Assembly (NCBI GenBank): GCA_000934665.2
Contig: KZ538162.1
Span: forward strand, 1 to 64,000
Source of the DNA: Catajapyx aquilonaris
Taxonomy: Eukaryota
Reading direction: 5' to 3'
Length of the DNA: 64,000 nucleotides
Part shown: positions 52,724 to 64,000 of the stretch, one piece after another
Numbering within the stretch: position 1 is the stretch's first letter
How the letters are laid out: every line of letters begins with the position of its first letter
Notes under the pieces: generated by a model
Databases searched by the model: none
What the model saw: the letters and a program-made list of their open reading frames with translations, nothing else
Told to the model about the DNA's origin: nothing
Program-made: the position numbers and the translations under genes

Positions 52724-52935
52724 TTTGTTGGTTGGTTGGTTATGCCAAAGCAAATATAAGGCTATCTAGCAATCGTAAAGTGGGTTTTTTGGTAGTGGGA
52801 GAACCCCGAGAAAACCCACGCAAACACGGCGAGAACCCATCGAAACTCTTTCCACATAAGTGTCCTCCGCCCGACCCGGGGATCGAACTCGGAACCTTAG
52901 AGGTGGAAGGCTGCGGCGTTAACCACTGCACCACC
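52724..52935 (-). mobile_element. tRNA-derived SINE with V-domain-like core and (AACC)n tail
   Basis: Minus strand has A box TGGTGCAGTGG (52923-52933), B box GAGTTCGATCCC (52879-52890), core GTTCTCGCCGTGTTTGCGTGGGTTTTCTCGGGGTTCTCCCAC (52795-52836) and an AACC-repeat tail. TSD GAATGGTTGAAG (52712-52723) / GAATGGTGGAAG (52936-52947). Confidence 0.85.
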
Positions 52936-55900
52936 GAATGGTGGAAGAAAAATATATTTCTTGCTGTAATTCGGATGGGAATTTAGAGGCTATTATCACT
53001 GTTTTCCGTCTATATCTAGATGAGTAAACAACTGTGGGATTTGGTATATTGTGAGGAACCGGATCGGTACACCGAAAAGAAATTTCACGCACGCATCACA
53101 CGGCCGAGATAAGGTCGGAAATGCTTCAGGCCACGGTCCCATTTTAAAATTTTAAAATACTTAATTAAAAATATCATTAGCTGTTTATGCTATTTTAATT
53201 TGAGGTCAGGTGCTAGTTTTGAAATAAACGACACAAAGTCTTATCGCCTATTTTCAAATGTGTCGCTCACGCCCTCATACGTGACTAAACACAACCCTCG
53301 TACACACTCCCACATACAAAAACCCATCTTATCTTTGTGTGGAGTTTACGTGCACGAGCAGCGATGGTTAATCATGTCCACGCCCACACGATAATATCTT
53401 ACCTGAACCACGAGTTTTGTCGCGACCTACATCTGCCGGCCCTCACATCTCCCACAGGACCCTACAAAAGCCTCACAGTCATATTATTCAAAACCCACCC
53501 CCTGTAAATTAGGCTTCCCCCTTGACATGTCCACCACTCCAGCTTCCTTCTGAATTACACCAAGCCTGTATAATTCATATGCTCCGGAGATTTTTCTATT
53601 CGAGGTTCATTAGGTCCGCTTAACCCCCTGATAAAAATTAAATACAGTAGGAAAAAAAAAACCTTCCACCTGCCAGTTAGAATCCGGTTTTTGTCTTGCA
53701 AATCGGCAGTTAAATAGTGGGGAGAAATTTGTACCCGGCTTTAAACACCTCCAGCCAGGCAAAGAGAAAAGGTCGCAGATCCGTAGACAAAGGCACCGTT
53801 TTCCCCTACAGCCGGCAGCTGTTCCGGATCGGCTACAATTATTATTCCTCCATGTTTGCCGTTTGGCCAAAAGGGGGTTTCCCCTAGCTCTCTCTCCCTT
53901 GTGATTATGGGTTCGGAAGGTTCAGGAAAAGTTTTGCGAGTTAAAATAGTGTATATCCCCCCCCCCTCCTTCCCTCCCTCTCGCCATCACCTTATTGCAG
54001 CCGTTATTCGCACATCCCCTTATGGTTGGACCTATAATGACAAGGACGCAGCTGGTGCGCCGCATTATGAAGCTCAACGGTGTTTCATCAAGATGTTGTT
54101 GGCACCCCTCAGAAACTAGTGGGTACCAAAATGGCGGAGTTTCATGGTAAATGGAACGAGTCATCGTGGCGTGCAGTAAATCAGTTTAATTAATTCCCAC
54201 CTTCCTAGTCCGTTCTTGATGAGCTGCATTAGTCAAATTGTCGCGTTCTTCGAAGCGAGAAGTCGAGCGGCCCATATTTTCTCGCCCACGCTGACGTTCC
54301 GTAAAAAAATATATATACAACAACATTTTCATTTCCAAGATTAGAAAATTTGCAATCCATTTTCCATGGGGTGTAGACATAAGGTAAGCAATTTCTCATT
54401 CAGGATTTCGATACAACCTGTACTTGATGTATACACAGAAGAAAAAAAATGGGTCGTGCATCGATCAGTACTGTTGTTTTTATTGTGGGTCGCAACCGTG
54501 TTGATGCAAAGCGATCGGTTTGGAAAACAAATCTTGCAGGAACCCACTCCATTAACCACTCCATTCTGAATGAGCTGCGGTCGTTTGTTTACCATCCTGT
54601 AGCCTTCAAACAGGGGAGAGGCACTGTAAAACAACCAGCTTTATTCCGCATGACTGGCAATGTGAATAATTGCCACACACTTTTAAAATTAGTACTGAAA
54701 CATGAACCAGACTGCAATTAGGCCCACTGTTAAGTAATTACACTTACAACCGTATTCAAAAGGCACAGTTGGTCCAAAATCTAGTTGTTTTTTTTTTCAA
54801 TCTAATGCTTGGGTTGGTATTAATTGGGGCGTGAAAACGGGTGTAATTGATCCCTAGGAGCTATACACGGTATACAAGACTCATCATAATCCTCCTTTGA
54901 TCAAGGCGCCACCCAAACACGGCTGTTGAATACAGGTCAAGCGCCAGCTTGCTTTCTTGAAAAGCGCTGATTTCCAGATCCGGAATAAGGGGGCAATAGG
55001 GGGACTTTTTTTTGACGTGCTTTGAATGCTTTAAAAGAGAAAAGGGGGGTGGGGACACATACAAAAAAAGAGTCCTTTCAACGCTACCGTTGACTGACAA
55101 TGGACACGACTTTCCGAACGGTCGGCTCCATTAGAGAGAACCAATGCTACACCCAGAGAGACGGCCAATTGCGATCGTAAATACGACGATATGGCGGTTA
55201 TGTTGGACCAGCAGGGACACGTCACAACTTTTGAAAGGCATTGTCTGCGTTTTGTAGAAAAGAGAGCGATCACATCGTTTTCTGAGGTCATGGCAGCAAA
55301 GGAGGTGGGTGAAACTTGTGGGGTGGTCCTTCTACCCTCGTAATTTGCCGAATCATGCGAATTCTTCAGATTCCTGGGTCGAGAAGAAAAGTTTCCGGAG
55401 GGAGGCCCTCTGAGGAAATTCGTTAGTTGGTTGGAAATCCTCCTCGCCCGGCTTGTTGCCAGAGACCTTCTTCAAAAAAGGAAAAAAAGAAAAAGGTCTT
55501 ACATTGGAGTCTAGCTCGTTCCCCCAATTTTTTTTTGTAGGGCACTGTTGTTAATCCTTCCTCTTGCCGCAATTAACCTCCGTAAATACACAATGGGAGT
55601 TAAAGTGTTTTGGGGAGGCCTTAATTTGAATGCTTCCTTGCGAGGCGGTCGGGATTTTCCGGAGGGGGGGGGAAAAAGGAAAAGCTTTGAAATATTAATT
55701 TGATCCGCGGCGCTTCTGAATTTCCTTTGAGTCTTAAGTTGAACGCGCTAGTTCTTCTCCCTAAGAAAATATTGCTTTCAAACACAGAAGCATATTAAAA
55801 TTAATGAAAAATCGCCCCGACTTCAGGGCTAGAACCGAAAATTCGAAACCCATGAAGCGAATAGTATAGTACGAGGTTTGTTTCGAAGAGAGGATGGTTT

Positions 55901-56442
55901 TTGTCTCCAACATCCCTTCCCCACAGCCCATTTTGCCATAAAGCAAACTTTGGGTGGGACCTCGGGCTCCGATCTTCCTCGCCGGTTCCTTTTTGGCTTG
56001 GGCCCCGGGATTACAACAAGCGCCTCCTTGCCTCATATAATAAAAGCCGATAGAAAATGTGCAAATCTCTTTTATTGAATGCTGCGCAGCTCTTTGGCAC
56101 AAAGTTTAAGATGGAAGGACCTAAACCAATATTCCGCCCGGATCCCAAGCTTCCTACAAAGTGAGTGCTGGTTATCGACTTTCTCAATAAGCCCATAATG
56201 AGTTTGCAGAAGGGGTATACCTAACTCGGACCGAAAAGAAAGGCTTCATTACTTTCCTTCAAATTCTGCCAGCCCGAGTACAGACGACGAAAATGCTTTG
56301 AAATCGGCTCCTTCTTCTATTTAGTATTATTAGGCATGCCAACCTCAACATAGCCTCTCTGCACATCCGAGCAAATAATGCGCGAGAACAGACCCATTTA
56401 TCAGTTCATGCATTCAGGCCTTATCTATAGGCTTAGGTTCAT

Positions 56443-56929
56443 GTGCGCAAAAAATTAAATTTTGTTCATTTCAGATCCATTTATAGAAAAATGTCGTTAC
56501 ATAATTTCTAATACATTCAGTAATTTATTTTTTAATTTTTTTATTTTTATTACCCAGTGATAACCCGATTAGGGTTTATAAGGGGGTGGATTATTACGAT
56601 TTAGAATAATTTTTTCCATTTTTCTTCAGTCACTGTGCAAGAAATTCGGGAAATGGGATAGGGATAGGGATTGTTGGGGAGGGGACACTTGTGCAGTCCC
56701 CCTGGAGGTTAGGTTGCCAGACACCTCTAAGGTGCAGGTCAGAGACCCTCCTGACGCAGGCGAAAGGGCACACCCAGGCGGGGATGGAACCTGGGACCTT
56801 TCATTCAGCAAGCCGAGACGCCATCTCAGATCTCACCACTCCTCCCGAAATACATTAATTAATGAATTATGTCGCCACTTTTTTTCTATAAATGGATCAG
56901 AAATGAACAAAATAACTTAATTTTGTACT
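56443..56929. mobile_element. Foldback/MITE-like palindromic element interrupted at its centre by a SINE
   Basis: 32-bp inverted repeat TTTTGTTCATTTC(A/T)GATCCATTTATAGAAAAA at 56460-56491 and 56881-56912 (1 mismatch), with weaker pairing extending on both sides. Outer ends are approximate. Confidence 0.7.
56525..56848 (-). mobile_element. tRNA-derived SINE related to the 20378 element
   Basis: Minus strand has B-box-like GGTTCCATCCC (56781-56791) and a 3' module TAATCCACCCCC...GGGTAAT plus A-rich tail shared with the 20378 SINE. TSD AATACATTCAGTAAT (56510-56524) / AATACATTAATTAAT (56849-56863). Confidence 0.75.
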
Positions 56930-57989
56930 AAAATAAATTTTTAATGTTGTGATTGGATTAATATTCACGTAAACAATTTTTAAAAATGGCCGAGCACCCC
57001 CAGCTAACTGCTATTTGCAAATAACGGCTAAGTTCCGCCATTTTTGGCCCCAAGATGCGTGATTAGATTACCTACCTGTAACAATAACACCGCACTTTGA
57101 GCCAACAAGTTGTTCCAGCACATAGAAAAAAAAATGACGACCCGGTGAAACTGAGATGAACATTATTAGCCCTGCGTCTGGCGGCTATAAAACCACGACG
57201 CGCCCCACAAAACCTGACGTCAATAACCTTGGCGAAAGATAAAGCGCGAGCAAGAGGGGTCTTGGGGCCCCCTTCTCCACCAACCCCCTCGCCAGATTTT
57301 CATTTGAAATCTACTCTGGCACAAGAGAGAAAACTTAATTGTGACCTAATTACCAAGAGTTTCTTCTGCGCCACTTCTCTTTATTTGCCTAAATCCCCGA
57401 ATATCAGGATTTCCTTGAGACCTTTCTCTTCTGGATTTATATTCTCCCTTCTACAAAAGCAAAAGGAGGGGGAAACCCCCCTCCCCGCCCTCCCTTTTGC
57501 GCCTTAATTTCTGTCTTTCGAGAGGAAGAAGAGCGTTTATTAGACTGTAGTTCAAACTTGGGGACTGTCGGCGTGTGCCCGAAAAGCCGTTCGTTGACAC
57601 GCGTAGTCTGCAAACATTACTTTTTTTTTGGGGGGGGGGGGGNNNNNNNNTGCCTTGTTGTTATGACAGTGAAAAGGAAGGGCCGGAGAAAAATTAGGGG
57701 AGGGGAGCCAGTCTGTTGCCAAAATCTGTATGCTTTCTTTCAGGGTTGACAGATGACATTTGTATGTACGATGATATCCACTCCGTGGTGACATTCTGTT
57801 TCCAACATACCAATCATCACTTATCAAGTTAGACACGAAATCATCAATTGTGAGGGTCGACCTTATCAGGTCACTGAGGGTCGTGGTAGTGGTCCAATAA
57901 TACAACAGGTTAGGAGAAACCTATTAGACCAGCCAGTTGCAGGCCGTTTCACGACTCCCTACAAAAGAGGTCCACACCAGCAGACGCCA

Positions 57990-58003
57990 CTGCCCTCTAG
58001 TGA
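57990..58003 (-). promoter_or_regulatory. CTCF-type motif
   Basis: Minus strand TCACTAGAGGGCAG matches the CTCF core at 13 of 14 positions. Confidence 0.3.
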
Positions 58004-58511
58004 GGGGACGTCACAACATATGCATGAATTGTCTGTCTACACGGGTGTCGTCTCATTGTTAGATCCTAATCGCAACGACCGCGTGTGTGTACGTATTACT
58101 GTATGGTCTATACTTAATCGAGCTACATACGTTTTAACTACTGCACCATTTGGTTTGACGTAACAAAAAATATTCATCAAGAGGCGCCGCGCCGGTTATA
58201 TTATGCAGTAATCAGATCGACGGGTTCTGGCCTACTAAAGGTGAACCGACGCGAGGTAATTAAATCAGATAGTTCTCATGGCATGCCGACCGAAAGTGAT
58301 ACGTACAGTGGCGTATGATGCTAAATTTTTTATTGTACCCTGAGAAATTATTAGGGTTTTCATTATAGGCTGATAAATTTTAGAGGCAGTAGAAGTAAGG
58401 CTATACGGTAAGTTACAGTGTTTAGTCTCCTCATTCTTTGTCCATGAGAAATATGAAGCACTTTTAGGCCAAAAAATAGAGTGCTTACAATATCAGAATT
58501 TTTAATTACTT

Positions 58512-58512
<1 letters not shown>

Positions 58513-58545
<33 letters not shown>
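58513..58545. repeat. (ATC)n microsatellite
   Basis: About 11 tandem ATC units. Confidence 0.9.
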
Positions 58546-61500
58546 GCCAACATCACCAGCACCTCCATCTCCCTATATTCAGGTCAAGATGCAGTTGTTT
58601 ACAAAAAAAATCAGAGTAGCCAATAGAAAGTGTTCGAAAATCAACAAACCAAGATCGCCCGGCAACGTCCTATATCAGATCAATCTCAGACGATTAGACC
58701 GAACAGACTGATATTGACGATGGAAGAATTAGTTGATGAAATGATGCTCTGGTTCATCTTTGCCATTATCATCATTTTTGTCAAGGGTATGAGCCAAGGT
58801 CTGGACGGCATGGAAAGCGATACTGATTATGACTCGGATTCAGACAACGAGTGATCCAGACTACATGGATTTGGATGTTCCCAAAAGGTAAATGTGCTGA
58901 CAACTAGCTTAATATTGTCGAATAGACAGCAAAATTATTGATTCAACCAGAGCGTTGACGTCACAAGCCTTTAATTGTTAGTTTAATTGCTCACATTTTT
59001 GAAAGCCCAAAATGTGACGTCAGTACAATTCTGTTATTGAAGCAATAATAGAAGCTGATGATTGGCAGGTGCAAGAACGACGTTTTAATTTTGTTCATCG
59101 ATAAGGCAGGTCAAAAGCCTAACTTACAACATGCTGGTCGTTAACTATTATTCATTTATTAGTTGATGTCACTTTTCATAAACTATGCTTTGGAGCACAT
59201 GTGCCATTTTTCTCAGCATCCAATCATGGTGGCTATCCAGTGGTTGAAAATATTTATATTGCGCTTGTATAATAGTGAAAGAAATTAAATTTGTCCTCTT
59301 ATTCGTGGTATTCGCATAAAATAGGGGGACACACAGGCGTACATAGCCTTTGTGTTGACTTGAGCATTGTTCTCATTATTTGCTTGTCCTTGCGGCAAAT
59401 GAAAAACCTACTTAGTGGTGATATACAGCAGGATCATTTTCTTCTTGTGTATTTTAGTGGATAAAAGCATTAATATCAAAATGGCTGCGAGGCCTTAAAG
59501 AACAACAGAGATCACATTGCAACATCCTACGTATACCATACGACTATATAAAAACCTAATCTAAAATGTAAGTTAGTCCGTTTATTTACAAAAATGTAGC
59601 GACGTTATCCTATTCAAGTTATGAATAACTTCCCAGACATCTATTAATGTGAATCTTTTTCCATCCAGCATGCAGCGTCCAGGCGATTAGAGGCGATCTT
59701 CCATCTACGCAGCTTCAGCCTGGCGCCATTAGCAGTTGATGGGAGCACCTCAGTTGTCTTGGTCCAACCAATTAGACTTTCCACAATGGCACATGTAGCT
59801 TTAATTTTGTTCTTCGTATGCCGTTTGGATATTAAAATGTCCTAAAGAGGAGTTCTTCGATGTGTTTATATATTTTTCAGATTCGACTGGGATTACAATC
59901 ACGGCTGTGTTGATGTATGTTTTCCCACATTAGGTACTCCTCCTGTGGTCCGGTTTCTCCAATCTTTTAATAACAGTTAAAACCTAAGGGAAGTTTAAGT
60001 GCCACATCAAGTAACAATGAGTTAAAATTATGGAGAAACCGAGCATATGACAGGTATGTTGTACCTACTTGTCCACGGTACAAGTTCTCGAATGTGTTCA
60101 AATGGCTTTTTTTTATTATAAAAATGTCATAAGCCTACTAATTACCATCATAATTTTACACACTTGCAGGCATTAAGAGCTTCAAGAAGCTGTGCCACTA
60201 AAATTGTCATTATTGCAATGTATGGGTCATTATCATCAATCCACTACCGACATTGGAGGGTCATATGTATTCAAATTGACAAAATACCTATTTGAATCTG
60301 ATAATTATATTTATATACATGAGTGACACTAAATTTATAGGATATGGGACTATTTCCGATGCTGCATCCATTTCTGTCTCCATAATTTAGAAAATAATAT
60401 TGTGAACTGATAATTCGACGCAAATTTTAAGATAAACGTAATTTAATACTTGCAAGCGTGTAAAATTATTAATATGGTAATTTTATTCTCAAATTGTGAA
60501 GGCGTGGAAAGTATTCTTATGACATTTGTCTAATAAAAAGTTGTAACGTTAGGTGCAAAGTTTTTGTTACATGTAGAGGAAAAAAACACTCGGCTATTTG
60601 AACTTCCTTATTTGCCTGGTTTTAAACGAAAATTGCAATTTTCCCGTGAGTTGGCAAATACAGCTGGTGAATTCACAGAAACTATGTACTGTATGACACA
60701 TTATTATTCCTACCTCGAAGGCAAGAATCATTATTATCCATCAGCCTAGCCGCTTGTTGTACGTAAATGTTACTTAAATTACGTAAATGTTACACACAAC
60801 ACGTTTTGGAAACTGGCTCTTCAATAATGTAACGTGGTACCCCCTACCTGCTTGCCAGCCTCATAAATTATTACAAACGCATTGTAGAGTCAGTTAGCTA
60901 TATCTGAGAGCTACAGTTTACAAGTGGAACCAAGTTACCTGCAAGTCAGCTTTCAGGATTCTTCAATCGTAGGGGCGGGGTCGGGGGGGGGGGGGGGNGG
61001 GGGGGGGGGGGTAAATCCGAAAAGTCTCTGATACAGTATACTGTACTTAGTGTATAGGCTGACTAATGCATATATTTCCCATAACAATACGGCAACGTTA
61101 AAGGCTCGGAAGACTTGTAGGAAGATGTACGGAAATCTTGTAATACAGTAGGCTATAACAATCTACTTCAGGTATAGCTTATAAAAATTAAATAAAGATA
61201 GTGGATTTTTGATGTACTTATTGTGATTCATTTATCAGGTACTCAAAATCTGGTATGGTGAACTCAAATATTTTCTGAGAAGGGCGAGTCACTGAAGAGG
61301 GCAAAATAGGTTTATTTTGCAAATATGCATGGCTATGGGGCCCTAGATCCAATATTATTGACCGGACTTCCCATGAAAAATGAAAAGATGAAATCAGGCA
61401 TATGCTGCTCTTTTAGAACTGGAATATGAATGATACGAGCAGATAATAAAATCCCCACTGCACTGTACTGTAGAAAATACTGCATGTGCTTTAAACTCAT

Positions 61501-64000
61501 GGCACAAATCTTCAAAAAAATAATGTAACGCTATCATTCTATTAGGTTCATAATGACACACGACAGTTCTATAAAAGATTTAATCAGAATTCTTATACAA
61601 AACAATTAGAACAATATTTTTAACTCATTGAACTTGATTACATGATAATCAGATGATGTCCTTTCATATTTCAAAAGACATCCAGCATTCCCATTTCCTC
61701 CATAACATTGGACGTCCTCTCCTTCCACACTGATTATGATACCATTCCTACACAAAAAAACTCAATCATTCTCCACCATCCGGCTCCCGAAAAAAAATCA
61801 AAAGCGATAACGAGAGAGGCTCCAAATCAGCGACTCTCCGCAATATGAGGCCGAAGAAAAATAATGGAGATGGGAAGGATGTGTGTGTGCACGGGGCCGG
61901 ATTTTTGCTCCTAGCTCGTTGGCCTGGGACCGAGAGGCGGGCAAACACTGGGCCAATTTCCCGGGGCGAGCTCGTTTACCTGACACTACAAATGCAACAC
62001 AATAGGCGACTGGCAGTCGTTTGGCCCGTCAGAAATTGGCGGCGTGCAGCCAGGAGGCAATCTCTCCCTAGCCCTTTGGCAGGGGCCTAGAGGCCTTTTC
62101 TCTGATGAGAGATGGTGCACTGCAGCCAGCTAATTACTTCCTTACAAGTACATGTTTTGCATATTGTCCTCCCTAAGCCTCCATATGGGGACCGTTTTGC
62201 TGGCCAATCACTCCGGAACAAATCGATCTACTACGTTAAAGGTCTCCAGGAATTCCAAGCTTGCCAAACTCGACTCCAGCTTTATTTTACCAGTCTATTG
62301 ACGCTTTTTTTTGTGCGCATAGTGCATATGCAGGTCCCACATTTTACATGTGAATATACTCTAACCAATCCGAACATGCAATGGGCTCCTGCTTTATAGC
62401 CATGCATCGATGACAAGAAAGCCAACGCCCCCCGGAAAGAATATTCCCATGTTGCAATTTGCTGCACCTGAACCGCATTGAAACAAGGCCTCTGCACGCT
62501 ACATAACCTGCCATCAAATCTGCTCTAACTCACACACGCCACGTGCCAATCAACAATGACTAATTTGGCCGACACCAGCATCAAGCACCTCCCCGCGTGA
62601 GAAAAAACTTCCATCCTGAAAAGTGTCCGAAGAGTGGACAGTGGAAAAGCAACTTTCAGGGCACGCCCCGTTTCCCCAGCTGAAAACCTGCGCTGCTCAT
62701 TAACCGGCTCATAAGTGAGGTTATAGAGGCCACAATTAGTGCGGACCTCCCGTCAGGCACTTCATTGTTTTATTCCTGGACGCCAGAGCCCTGCGAGTCT
62801 ATTGCTAGGGGTCCGCGCCGACTCTGTTTAACTTCATTACCTTGATGAATACCCCCTCCCCCCCAACCCACATCCCCCCCCCACCTTCCCCCTATCCGAA
62901 AAGGGATGAAACAAAAGAGCCGCACTTGTAATAATATTTCATTCGACAGTGAACGCCGAGGAGGCCCCGCTGAAAAGTCACTGCTCATCGGGGGAATACT
63001 CTGATCAAACTTTCGACTGGTATAATCGAATTACCCTCACCGAGTAATTGGCCCCAAACCAGTTTGCATCAATCGCCACTCTTAGACGCCGCTCAAAATT
63101 TTGCTGACCCCAAATGGTGTGGACTATAGTTCGTCTATAGGTGGGGGGAAAAAATGGTGGAGTTTACTTTGGTGTCTCCGTTTTCCTAGCGGAGCAATCG
63201 ATGACCATATGACATCCGAGTCTCACTTGGTCCCCTTCACCAGACTGAGGTTTAGGAGGGAGAGGGCTACTTGTGTACATTTGGCCGGGTCAAACTACAT
63301 CCCTTTTGTTTGCACAATGGCCCTCCGAAAACCTCATCTAAGCCAAGTCCTTTTAAGTGCCTTTTTGGCAAATATATAGAGGCGGGGAAGGTCATATTAT
63401 GGACGTAAAAATTGAGATCCCCCTTCTGCAGGACATGTGTGGGTACTGGTTCCCACAGTACTGTTACATTTTAACCGTCGTGTTTTTTTGTGTGTGATTG
63501 TCGCCAAGTGGCACTTACTCTACCGGAAAGTCCCGGCTCCTGTGGTCCTTTTCTTCCTTCTCTTCACCCCGGACATGCAATTTCACGCATAGATCCAGCC
63601 GGCACTACAGGCCGTCCCAGAAATAATACCCGTGAGGTCGGGTAGGGTAGAGAAAAGGACTCCAAAGTACTAAATCCCATTCGTCATTCCTGGTGGATCA
63701 ATGTGACCTAGCCTCCAGACAGACAGATGCACCGCTTCTTTTCCATGTTTTGTCTCCGTTTGCCACCAGATTAGGACGACCCGGTTCTAACCATTTTTTT
63801 TTTCATCCAACCCGTTCTATACCTTTTAATGTCTCTGCCCGAGCGATTAAATCCCATTGTTGCCAAAGGGGAAAGACAGCGGAGTAAAAAAAATAAATGC
63901 TTTTCTAAAAGCTCGGTGTGTGTTTGGGATCAAGAGCAAGATTGATTGCCAAGCTCCTGTTGTTGTAGGTCTGCTCTGTACAGGGTCCTCTAGCAGACAC

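Noticed and set aside
52860..52935. tRNA genes (also 20378-20450)
   Set aside because: A/B boxes are present, but they continue into SINE bodies with tails and TSDs, and I could not build a full cloverleaf.
53397..53420. Additional minus-strand AG|GT sites (53402 CAG|GTAAGA; also ~48501, ~57075, ~60938) and plus-strand CTGTTCTCCAG|GTATGA near 36174
   Set aside because: They have a poor pyrimidine tract or a weaker donor, so I did not count them as ratchet points. The 53402 site could be an ordinary donor.
59560..59830. Cys-containing coding-like fragment on the minus strand
   Set aside because: It has multiple stops, no recognisable family and no matching donor site.
1..64000. Hox-cluster identity (Ubx/Antp-like long intron, miR-10, miR-iab-4, miR-993)
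   Set aside because: I saw no homeobox exon or matching mature miRNA sequence, so the host gene cannot be named.

Overview
This is animal-type eukaryotic genomic DNA, essentially non-coding. None of the six-frame ORFs resembles an intact known protein, and I see no rRNA, genuine tRNA, CRISPR array or prokaryotic gene structure. The organism cannot be identified from the sequence. The window reads as part of a very long intron or regulatory landscape. It carries three tRNA-derived SINEs with target-site duplications (one with a V-domain-like core), several MITE/foldback DNA-transposon derivatives, short satellites, microsatellites, many G/C homopolymer runs with assembly Ns, and a few possible transposase fossils. 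The most notable signal is three minus-strand 'zero-length exon' motifs (pyrimidine tract-YAG|GTRAG) at ~50680, ~30601 and ~8290. They are spaced 20.1 and 22.3 kb apart and each has a candidate cryptic donor 43-68 nt downstream. This is the architecture of recursive splice sites (ratchet points) and suggests a giant minus-strand intron removed stepwise. All calls were made by eye and need RNA-seq or database confirmation.
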